IMG/VR virus record: IMGVR_UViG_3300006851_000007 | Span: 60,781-124,780 of that record | Origin: a virus | Lineage: Duplodnaviria > Caudoviricetes | DNA length: 64,000 bases | Direction: 5' to 3' (one strand) | Part shown: positions 20,226 to 27,915 of the stretch, piece by piece | Layout of the letters: the number at the start of each line of letters is the position of its first letter | Position numbering within the stretch: the first letter of the stretch is position 1 | Program-made: the position numbers and the translations under genes | The notes under the pieces: model-generated | What the model was told of the DNA's origin: nothing | Seen by the model: the letters and a program-made list of their open reading frames with translations, nothing else | The model's database searches: none

Positions 20226-20645
20226 ATGAAGAAGTTGTTCGATAAGTGGGGTGTTCGGCACTTTAGCCCGGAGGAGGTCACTCTGCACAGACAATGGGGT
20301 AAGCACGTGCTTCCGCCAGAAAGTAAAAAAAATAACATACATAAAACCATTCTTCTCGCCGATACCATAAGAGAGGTTTGGGGTGACCCAGTCAGGTGTA
20401 ACAGTGGATACAGGTCTCCTGAGTATAACAAGCTCGTGGGAGGGTCTGAAAAGAGTGAGCATGTTGAATTTAGAGCTATGGATTTATCACCCATAAACGG
20501 AGACATCAAGGGATTCTCTGAGGTTGTCAGAGCTGTAGTGGAGGGCGCTCGAACTGCCGGGTGGAATGTCGGTGTGGGGTTTTACAGTACGTTCTGCCAC
20601 ATTGATGTTGATGCGGAGGGTAAAAAAAAGAACAGGAGCTGGTAA
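20226..20645 (+). CDS. peptidase M15 (Zn D-Ala-D-Ala peptidase family), endolysin-like
   Basis: SGYRSPEYNKLVGG..SEH..AMDL..FCHID zinc-peptidase motifs. Confidence 0.9.
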   Translation: MKKLFDKWGVRHFSPEEVTLHRQWGKHVLPPESKKNNIHKTILLADTIREVWGDPVRCNSGYRSPEYNKLVGGSEKSEHVEFRAMDLSPINGDIKGFSEVVRAVVEGARTAGWNVGVGFYSTFCHIDVDAEGKKKNRSW

Positions 20646-20660
20646 CCCCTGTTCTTTCTT
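20622..20660. terminator. probable bidirectional terminator between convergent genes
   Basis: AAGAACAGG...CCTGTTCTT stem flanked by an A-run and a T-rich run. Confidence 0.6.
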
Positions 20661-20663
20661 AGC

Positions 20664-21836
20664 TTAGCCAGCCCTCTCGTATAATTCTTCCGACGGGTGA
20701 TGGTATGCATCGGAAGCATTGTACGACTTGAGGTACTGGTCAAGACTTAGCATGACCATGGGCATGTTAAGCTCCCTTATAAAGTTCGGCACCGCCGAAT
20801 TGCCCCAACAGGGGTTGCCCCCAATCCCTATATGGGGGTGTACGGCTGGAACTGTTTCGCCGTCCTCTCCCATGCTCGTGAATGATGTCTCAATATCCAT
20901 ACCAACAGAGTTGGTTCCCACAATAACGTTGAATGTGCACGGCTTTATCAGCCACCCCCCCTCATCATCCTCTATAACCCTCTCTGGAATATCAAATCTC
21001 AGACGAAGGACTGAGGAGTACTGATCTCTTCGTCGATAAAGAGCCCCTGTCAGTGTTATATCTTCCCACCTCAGATCATCTTTTGTTACCTTATAGTCAT
21101 CTAAGATTAATTGTCGGGAGAGTAGAGTCTCCCTGTTTCTATATAATGACCCTAATCTGCCCCTTATCACATCTGCATAGTATGAAGCACCGCTTTGTGC
21201 GACAGGAACACTTAATCTCATGTTCAAGTCATACGTTACGTGTGAAAGAGTTATGGATGGTATTCTGTTGAACCCCAGGTTAGACAGGGTGTCTACAATC
21301 TCTTGTAACTCCTCCTCCATATTCAAAGCAGTGGTGAGCAGCGATGATGAGGTTCTTAAATCCTCAATCCTATTGTCGATTGACCGCATTTCATCTCTTA
21401 CCGACCTGCCGAACAGCTCATTCGCATCTCCTGCGAATGCCATTATTTGATTAATAATGAATTGGTCTGGGTCCTCGACAAGGTTTGGAAACATTTCCTC
21501 CAAACGGTCTTCAACCCATGTCTTGATGGTTGGCCTGTAATTATTGACGAGCTCCTCATCGTCAATTTTGGCCAGAATGAAGAATGACCGATTGGCGGTC
21601 GTGCATGCCGGTATACCATCAATGATTAACACCGGCCCACCCTCAAGATCCCTCTTCATTGCTTTGGTGAAATGCCTGTCACCGTTTAGGAAAAGCGGGA
21701 CACATACCATAACATCGGGAGTGATCCCCAATGATGTTACACCATCGCTGATAAACCTCGAGCTCCACCTCTCAAACCTCCTACGTACAGGGGATGTGTA
21801 CGCTTGCAATTCTTCCATAATAGCTGTTTCAAGCAT
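20664..21836 (-). CDS. prokaryotic E2 (UBC)-like protein with N-terminal coiled coil
   Basis: C-terminal VHPHIGIGGNPCWGN (HPN/HPH + candidate catalytic Cys) then helices ending SYNASDAY; coupled to the E1 gene. Confidence 0.7.
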   Translation of the reverse strand: MLETAIMEELQAYTSPVRRRFERWSSRFISDGVTSLGITPDVMVCVPLFLNGDRHFTKAMKRDLEGGPVLIIDGIPACTTANRSFFILAKIDDEELVNNYRPTIKTWVEDRLEEMFPNLVEDPDQFIINQIMAFAGDANELFGRSVRDEMRSIDNRIEDLRTSSSLLTTALNMEEELQEIVDTLSNLGFNRIPSITLSHVTYDLNMRLSVPVAQSGASYYADVIRGRLGSLYRNRETLLSRQLILDDYKVTKDDLRWEDITLTGALYRRRDQYSSVLRLRFDIPERVIEDDEGGWLIKPCTFNVIVGTNSVGMDIETSFTSMGEDGETVPAVHPHIGIGGNPCWGNSAVPNFIRELNMPMVMLSLDQYLKSYNASDAYHHPSEELYERAG

Positions 21837-22486
21837 TAGCCCTCCATACGAATATGGTCATTCGTTTTCGTGTCCATGATTGTGCAAAAGTCGTTCTTCT
21901 GCCCGTTCACATAATTAACAACCCTGGTCGTAATCATGCTGCCGATGGTCATGGCGGTGGACATGGTTGTCCTGGCTGTACACGGAAGGTTTGCGGTCTC
22001 CCCTTCCAGTGACTCTTTGTACGCAGATACCGCCCCTCGATCGGTCATGTCCACACAGTAGAGCATCATGGTTGTCAATCCCATTCGACCATCGATAAGA
22101 AGATCTACATTTGCATCATACTCAATAGCATTGAAGATCTCTCTTCTGGCCTCTAGGGAGTCAACCCCCACGATGACAACCCTTCTGGCCTCCTTACCCC
22201 TCTCAAACTTCTCTCTAGCGACCTCGATCTGCCCTTCTCCAAAATACGACAGAACATCATTGATGGAATCAACCTTGTGTTTGTTCTTGTGCCTATCCCC
22301 AAAGCTCTGATTTGACAGGTTGTGTTCCTCAACCACATCGTGATCATAAGCTTTGATATTCTTGAATCCTGTCTTAGATAGAGCAAGTATTGTCCAAGAG
22401 CCAATACCTCCAGCCCCAATGACCGTGATGGGTAATCTTTTTGCTTGATCCGTGGGGATGTAGTCCTGTTGTCTAAGATATCTCAT
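21836..22486 (-). CDS. ThiF/MoeB/E1-family Ubl-activating adenylyltransferase
   Basis: YLRQ, VIGAGGIGS, YDHDVVEEHNLSNQ, KVD, VGVDS..R, DGRMG; candidate thiol in NLPCT. Confidence 0.92.
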   Translation of the reverse strand: MRYLRQQDYIPTDQAKRLPITVIGAGGIGSWTILALSKTGFKNIKAYDHDVVEEHNLSNQSFGDRHKNKHKVDSINDVLSYFGEGQIEVAREKFERGKEARRVVIVGVDSLEARREIFNAIEYDANVDLLIDGRMGLTTMMLYCVDMTDRGAVSAYKESLEGETANLPCTARTTMSTAMTIGSMITTRVVNYVNGQKNDFCTIMDTKTNDHIRMEG

Positions 22487-22499
22487 TAGTTACTCCTTA

Positions 22500-23609
22500 T
22501 TATTCATAGATCCATGAATTAGACATGTAGAAATCATCAGAAAGATAGGCGTCCCAATAATAATGCGGAGGCTCCTCGTTGGCCGTCTCGATGTCTGCCA
22601 GGTCTACATCCACAAGAGTGCACGCATCCATAACCAGCTCCCACCTCCGCCTGTTTCGGACTGTTATGTCAAACTTTGACAGGCCTACACCCTCCAAGCA
22701 CACATCTTCCTGGTAACCCCCTTCGGCCCAGGATGCCATATCTTTAATAAACTCAATCCTTTTGCTGAGGTTTCCATTTGAAGTCCCCCCCTCATCCTCA
22801 ATGTCTTTCACTATTGAGGCGACTATATCCTCCTGGATCGATATACTTTCATCAAACTCCGTCTCAATTTCAGCAGACATGATCCAGTCAAAATCCTGGA
22901 GAGTGACTTCTTTTTTTTTAGAAGACGATCTCTTGTTCCTCCTGTTCCTCCTGGAGTGCAACCTCCCGTGCTTTCCTGCGGTCACTTTTCTCACCGCAGG
23001 CTTCTTCACGACCACCTTCTTTTTGTACTCGGCCTCACAGTGGCCTAGGGTATCAAACGCAATATCCAGCATCCTGATGACCTCTTTCTTCACCTCATCT
23101 CTCGGCAAGTCGTTAAACTTTTTGATGAGATCAATCACAGAGGTGATGCTTGTCAGCCCGTCAGGAACAATCTCAATTTCTATATTGTCCTGCTTGAGCT
23201 GATAGGGGGTGGAAAATGAGTCCACCCTCGTCCTGACTTCACCCTTTTTGTTGAACACGGACGAGACAAGGTAAGGATTCCCCCGGATGGTACGGATAGC
23301 CTCCTCGTCGGTAGCGGACCAGAACACATCCATATCAACATGTGAGTGCCACCACAGCCTCAGCTCTCCCAGCTCCTCCTCCCTGTCTGATAGCTCATCC
23401 ATCAAATGAGCAGTCGCAAGGGCATCAATTTCTGTGGTTACAGAGGTCACCTCCTGTTCAAGGAGGAAAGCGTCAGTTACCACGAAATGGTCGTCAACAA
23501 TCTTGACCGTTCCGTAGCCGCTTATTTCCTTGGGGCATAGTTGTACCCATTGTTGAATCTTCGAGTACGCTCTATCTGTATATCTGACAGGCTTCATTAT
23601 TACTCCCAC
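22500..23609 (-). CDS. JAB/MPN+ metallo-isopeptidase with C-terminal extension
   Basis: KEISGYG (catalytic E) and WWHSHVDMDVFWSATD = HxH-x7-SxxD. Confidence 0.9.
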   Translation of the reverse strand: MGVIMKPVRYTDRAYSKIQQWVQLCPKEISGYGTVKIVDDHFVVTDAFLLEQEVTSVTTEIDALATAHLMDELSDREEELGELRLWWHSHVDMDVFWSATDEEAIRTIRGNPYLVSSVFNKKGEVRTRVDSFSTPYQLKQDNIEIEIVPDGLTSITSVIDLIKKFNDLPRDEVKKEVIRMLDIAFDTLGHCEAEYKKKVVVKKPAVRKVTAGKHGRLHSRRNRRNKRSSSKKKEVTLQDFDWIMSAEIETEFDESISIQEDIVASIVKDIEDEGGTSNGNLSKRIEFIKDMASWAEGGYQEDVCLEGVGLSKFDITVRNRRRWELVMDACTLVDVDLADIETANEEPPHYYWDAYLSDDFYMSNSWIYE

Positions 23610-24505
23610 TCAACCTGGTTCATTGACTCTGCTACTTCCAAATTTGTGTGGTAACTATCGTCCTCATTATATGAAGATGTTACCTGACTCAGGATAAACC
23701 CAATCCCCATAATATCGAACCTGGTGACACATTCATTAAAGGCCCCACGCATATTCCCCAGGCACATTTCGGAATACCCAACCTCTGGGTGGTAGGTCGA
23801 TGCGTGAGGATGAAATGCACACGATACTGCTGGACTCATCCCCTCTAACACCGGCGAGGCTGTCAGGTACCACACACCATCGGCGTTCAGCCCGACAGCA
23901 TACTTAATGCTGTACTCATCACCCTCGTACTCTGGTGGGCGGTATCGAACCACAAACTCCATTTCCGAACCGCGCATATTAAAATCCAGAATCGCACCAC
24001 TATCGATAAGTTGTGCGACACCTCTAAACATCCCTATAAAATCATCAGGAGCGACAAACTCACTCAAGTTTCTCACTCTTCTCTCTGCTTCGACCTTATA
24101 ATCCTCAGTACGAAGGATAAGCCTCCTGAGGTCCCCTGCATTGAGGGCGATTAGAGTCTCATAGATACTATCCACACTCGATGACCCCTCACCGCCCGTG
24201 GGTGAGTCCTCTGTGCTGTCCATTAGGGTGTCTAGAATATCTTTGATTTTTGCGTAGAATGCTGGATGGGCATTATCCTCGTGATCCACATTAGCCAGCA
24301 TTATCGTTTTCTCTTCACGTATATAGAGAACCCCCTCGTCATCAGTGAACCGGTCATCGACGTTGGTAGGTCCCTCTACAGCCACCAACACCTCCCACTG
24401 ATCCGTAGAAGGGTCGCTCGGAAAGTAGTTGGTTCTTAAAATCCTGCCACCTACAGGCTCCATGCGGGAGAGTAGGGCATCCTCGAGTCCTGGTACAATA
24501 AACAT
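23600..24505 (-). CDS. prokaryotic E2 (UBC)-like protein, paralog of 20664..21836
   Basis: AFHPHASTYHPEVGYSEMCLGN..SYNEDDSY; lies between Ubl and JAB genes. Confidence 0.65.
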   Translation of the reverse strand: MFIVPGLEDALLSRMEPVGGRILRTNYFPSDPSTDQWEVLVAVEGPTNVDDRFTDDEGVLYIREEKTIMLANVDHEDNAHPAFYAKIKDILDTLMDSTEDSPTGGEGSSSVDSIYETLIALNAGDLRRLILRTEDYKVEAERRVRNLSEFVAPDDFIGMFRGVAQLIDSGAILDFNMRGSEMEFVVRYRPPEYEGDEYSIKYAVGLNADGVWYLTASPVLEGMSPAVSCAFHPHASTYHPEVGYSEMCLGNMRGAFNECVTRFDIMGIGFILSQVTSSYNEDDSYHTNLEVAESMNQVEWE

Positions 24506-24516
24506 TCTAATCCTTT

Positions 24517-24541
24517 AAAAAAAACGGGCGCCGAAGCGCCC
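24517..24541 (-). terminator. intrinsic terminator/attenuator after Ubl gene
   Basis: minus strand GGGCGC-UUCG-GCGCCC-G-U8. Confidence 0.85.
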
Positions 24542-24569
24542 TAACCGCTACCCGTTAATCATCTACTAC

Positions 24570-24986
24570 TTACTGGCCACCCTCGACGTTCGGAGCCAGA
24601 ATGATGTTATCCCCGTTTTGTAGAACCTCACCTAGGGAGGCCTCCCTACCGTTTAGAAAAACCCGAGACCCGTCCGGCTCGTGTCGGCCGAGGAGGTCCC
24701 CGAGGATCTCACCTCTTTGGAATACTACTTTCTCTTGCCCCCTCCCCAGGCGGGACAGGGTGGCCGTAAGCTCTTCTGATCCACCCTTCACGTTTGACAC
24801 GATCGTGATCGTGTCTCCGTGTGCCACCTGAGCATCAAGGCTTACTTGCGCCCTCTCCCTGGTGACGATGCACCCTTCAGCTGAGAATCCGGACGCTCGG
24901 ACTGCGTCCAGGACCGTGCTTCCCTCGGGGAGATTAACTGTGGTCGAGCCCTGTCCAATCTTTCTTACATCAAGCTTCATATACAT
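24570..24986 (-). CDS. tandem di-ubiquitin-like (beta-grasp, MoaD/ThiS-like) protein precursor
   Basis: two ~68-aa domains ending GDTITIVSNVKGG and GDNIILAPNVEGG-Q; GGAGG RBS (start may be ATG 24980). Confidence 0.9.
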   Translation of the reverse strand: MYMKLDVRKIGQGSTTVNLPEGSTVLDAVRASGFSAEGCIVTRERAQVSLDAQVAHGDTITIVSNVKGGSEELTATLSRLGRGQEKVVFQRGEILGDLLGRHEPDGSRVFLNGREASLGEVLQNGDNIILAPNVEGGQ

Positions 24987-25035
24987 CCTCCATATGGATA
25001 AAATACGAGCAACACCCTATGTGCCGCTCGTGAAT

Positions 25036-25065
25036 ATTATACCGTTATTTTTGATTAAATTTAGC
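25036..25065 (-). promoter_or_regulatory. GCTAAA-N18-TATAAT promoter upstream of the Ubl operon
   Basis: matches the motif recurring at about 10 sites in the window. Confidence 0.7.
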
Positions 25066-25719
25066 CTTCCCGGTGCCGTGCACCCTAAAGGCTACTACCG
25101 AGCTGCGATTCTTTCTAAAGCACAGCATGCATTCAGAGCATGAGATACCATGCGTCTGGTTAGGACAAACAACAAGCCTGGCATTTTTGCCATTAATATT
25201 AATCACGCCAGATTCAAAGTCTTCGTCGACCACGGTCGTGGCAGGCCACCCTGAGTTGACAGCATTTATGACCTCTTCTTTTGAATCGCACGAAGCATTC
25301 ACGCAGAGGGATTTTTCGGCATTCATCTTTTTAGAATCCAGCCTCTCCCAGGCGTGGGTGTATGTCCACCCTTTAAGGTCTGGTCTTTCTGAGTGTGCCT
25401 TTAGTACTGAGTCTATATAGTTAGTATCAATCATATCTCCAGGCTTCATAAAGTCGCCAGAAACATGATGTCTGAGCTTCTTACCTTCAGGCAAATTAGT
25501 AACATAGTCGTAAATAATGTCAGCATCACTCCTGCTATATTCTGACACTTTTGCGTGCATATTCACAAACGAGTATAAGGCGTAACAGCTCCTATTTTGC
25601 AGGTGTTCACAGGATTGTGGACACGTGGGTCCAACCTCTCTGTATGTCGCTCTCACACCCCTACCGAGCTTGCGGTTGCCCGAATCCCTCTCAAGACATT
25701 TAATCATCTCTTCCTCCAA
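25045..25719 (-). CDS. Gp88-like / radical-SAM-related Cys-rich protein
   Basis: TCPQSC..SCYA, RHHVSGDF, WTYTH, CPNQ..CSECMLC, AFRVHG. Confidence 0.7.
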   Translation of the reverse strand: MEEEMIKCLERDSGNRKLGRGVRATYREVGPTCPQSCEHLQNRSCYALYSFVNMHAKVSEYSRSDADIIYDYVTNLPEGKKLRHHVSGDFMKPGDMIDTNYIDSVLKAHSERPDLKGWTYTHAWERLDSKKMNAEKSLCVNASCDSKEEVINAVNSGWPATTVVDEDFESGVININGKNARLVVCPNQTHGISCSECMLCFRKNRSSVVAFRVHGTGKAKFNQK

Positions 25720-25964
25720 ATCTCGAGGATGTCCTTAAATAAGGACGTTAGATCAATGTCTTGTGAGGTATTAAGCTTAATATCCCCCTCCGCTGTTCTG
25801 CGGAAATCAAAGTCAAGATTAGTATATCTTCCCAGGACATAGCCTATCTTTAGGAATGGGTGTCTTTCTTCAGGGATGTCCCTTATACCCTCCCTAAATC
25901 TATCCCACTCCTCATCCGGGATGATCTCTGCTTCCAGATGTTTCAGATCTTCTAGTTTTTTCAT
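25704..25964 (-). CDS. hypothetical protein
   Basis: 86-aa ORF overlapping both neighbours. Confidence 0.55.
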   Translation of the reverse strand: MKKLEDLKHLEAEIIPDEEWDRFREGIRDIPEERHPFLKIGYVLGRYTNLDFDFRRTAEGDIKLNTSQDIDLTSLFKDILEIWRKR

Positions 25965-26377
25965 GTAGTGCTTGCCATATGTATCGCCTCATCCCAGGTG
26001 GGCAGCAACATATGGTAAGCGCCGACATCATCTCCGACTTGGAAGATCTTGATACCGATTTCGACCAAAGCATCGTACTGCTCCCTGCTGAATGCGATGT
26101 TGGTTATAATGGCTCTTGTTCTGCTGTTGCAAGCCACAAGAGCTCTCGTCGGGCTCTCGAACCACTCCACATCTAGCCAAGCAGGACGGTCGGTCTCTAA
26201 TGAACATCCAATTATATGATAAATATCCTCGCATACGGGCAGGCCGTTGCGAGCCACGAATTCCAATAAAACGTCTCGATGATATCCATACGGACACCTA
26301 TGAACTCCTAAAGAATGAAGACCAGTAACTGTACACTGTAGTAATCTTGCAGCTTCGGTGTCGCTTAAGAACCCCAT
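25961..26377 (-). CDS. hypothetical protein
   Basis: AGGAG RBS; overlaps neighbours. Confidence 0.55.
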   Translation of the reverse strand: MGFLSDTEAARLLQCTVTGLHSLGVHRCPYGYHRDVLLEFVARNGLPVCEDIYHIIGCSLETDRPAWLDVEWFESPTRALVACNSRTRAIITNIAFSREQYDALVEIGIKIFQVGDDVGAYHMLLPTWDEAIHMASTT

Positions 26378-26973
26378 ATGATAAACTCCTGCTGATAAGG
26401 TATCTTCCTCATCTCTCGCCTGAGGTTATCAAAATACTCAATCCAAAGCCACACCATCTCTTTTGACCATCCAAGGTCAATGAGATACTGCCCTCCTAAC
26501 TTTTGGTAAATTTCCCACTCAATCTTCGAGGAGATTCTTGCTATAGCCCTGTCAATATCTTTTATGATGACTCTGACAAAGCCATCTCCCCTCCAATCGT
26601 CCTTTATGTCACATACCACTCCTCCCATTTTGGCAATATTGGCCATAGCCTTAGATAGCTCACCTTTAGAGAAAGTGTGGAATTTCACATGATCCCATTC
26701 ACTAACCTCCACTGCTATACCTCCGCTACCTTCAGGCTCCCATCCGTACTCCATCATAATTAATCTTGCTACAGTTCTCCCGTAGCTGTTAAGCCTGTAA
26801 AGCATAACTTCGTTTCCCAGGACATCCCTATGAATAGACTCGTCTAAGAATTGCCTGATGCTACCCATACCCCTTTTTCTGCGGTCAATTTTTAATTTGT
26901 GCCACCCTCCTTCCATAAACAGGTTTACTATGACCTCTTTATAGGGTATGTTAGAAGTTAGCTTTTGACTCAT
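26365..26973 (-). CDS. hypothetical protein
   Basis: 202-aa ORF, first gene of the minus-strand island; GAGG RBS. Confidence 0.55.
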   Translation of the reverse strand: MSQKLTSNIPYKEVIVNLFMEGGWHKLKIDRRKRGMGSIRQFLDESIHRDVLGNEVMLYRLNSYGRTVARLIMMEYGWEPEGSGGIAVEVSEWDHVKFHTFSKGELSKAMANIAKMGGVVCDIKDDWRGDGFVRVIIKDIDRAIARISSKIEWEIYQKLGGQYLIDLGWSKEMVWLWIEYFDNLRREMRKIPYQQEFIIWGS

Positions 26974-27008
26974 GATAATTATACCTCAAATAAGAAGGAT
27001 TTTTACCT

Positions 27009-27581
27009 ATGAAAAGAGAAGAGTTAGACAAAATAGCCGAGGACCTCTCATATGAAGAGATCAATTACATTATGTTAAAAAAGGGTAACGACTATCTCAC
27101 TCTAGCAAGAGAGAAGGTGGAACAGCAGTGTCCCAGCCATGAAGATGTTATAGCACAGCTGAGTGAAAAGCAATATGTTGAATCGTTGATTGAAATCACC
27201 CCAACCCTTAAAGCGAAATTCAGAACATTAACCCCAGCATCTTTTGACGAATCTCTCGCCTTCGCGTCAAGTGTTGCAGACGGCAGACTGTCGTACGAAA
27301 GAGTGCTGGCTAGAAGGAGATTGTCTTACGCTCTTATTGAACTTAACGGAAGAAAAGCCTGTCCCAGAGGTATACCTAATGGATCCTATCATGACTACGC
27401 TATGGAGGTTGGTCATGATCAGCTTATGAAGGATCTAAAAGAGTATGCAGATGAAAACTACAAACTTCTGGGCAGTAATGGTCTTGCGGACAAACTCTCG
27501 GAGACTTTTGGTCTGTGGGAAGAGGTCATCAGCAACAGGCTTAACGGGATCGGCGATGTTGGAGATATACTAAAAAACTAA
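27009..27581 (+). CDS. tail assembly chaperone (G-type)
   Basis: FRTLT..LSYALIELNG; ends in slippery A AAA AAC; upstream of tape measure. Confidence 0.7.
   Translation: MKREELDKIAEDLSYEEINYIMLKKGNDYLTLAREKVEQQCPSHEDVIAQLSEKQYVESLIEITPTLKAKFRTLTPASFDESLAFASSVADGRLSYERVLARRRLSYALIELNGRKACPRGIPNGSYHDYAMEVGHDQLMKDLKEYADENYKLLGSNGLADKLSETFGLWEEVISNRLNGIGDVGDILKN
27572..27578 (+). other. programmed -1 frameshift slippery site A AAA AAC
   Basis: -1 frame reads CTA AAT AAG GAT ATT TAC CAT CGA AGT GTA TCC TCT CTT ATG, open into ORF 27617..27886. Confidence 0.75.
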
Positions 27582-27616
27582 ATAAGGATATTTACCATCG
27601 AAGTGTATCCTCTCTT

Positions 27617-27886
27617 ATGGCAAGAGGAATACCTTTGACAGACCCAATTCGGAGGGCCAGGTTAATATCCTACGAAATTCATAATTCCGAAATTGAATTT
27701 GTCAGAACACTGCTTCTTGTTAGTGCCATGCTTGGGAAGGAGAACACCGGAAAGCTTCTTGAAGAGTATGAAAACCTCATGTTTAACACAAAGAAGTCAA
27801 AGGAGTCTGCTATCAGAGCTAATGAAGACCTTCTCAAGAGGGAGGCAGAAAGGGTTTACGAGATAACAAAAATATTAGATGACTAA
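27617..27886 (+). CDS. tail assembly chaperone GT C-terminal part (reached by frameshift)
   Basis: in the -1 frame of the upstream chaperone; no clear RBS before its ATG. Confidence 0.7.
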   Translation: MARGIPLTDPIRRARLISYEIHNSEIEFVRTLLLVSAMLGKENTGKLLEEYENLMFNTKKSKESAIRANEDLLKREAERVYEITKILDD

Positions 27887-27915
27887 AAAAAAGGCCCCTC
27901 GGGGCCTTTTGTTTT
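27885..27915. terminator. bidirectional intrinsic terminator
   Basis: A-run, AAAGGCCCC-TC-GGGGCCTTT, T-rich run; between convergent genes. Confidence 0.8.

Noticed and set aside
21836-24986. ThiF + ThiS/MoaD as a thiamine or molybdopterin biosynthesis cluster
   Set aside because: No thiG, moaE, rhodanese or desulfurase gene nearby; the Ubl is a capped tandem precursor flanked by two E2-like genes. Disfavoured, not formally excluded.
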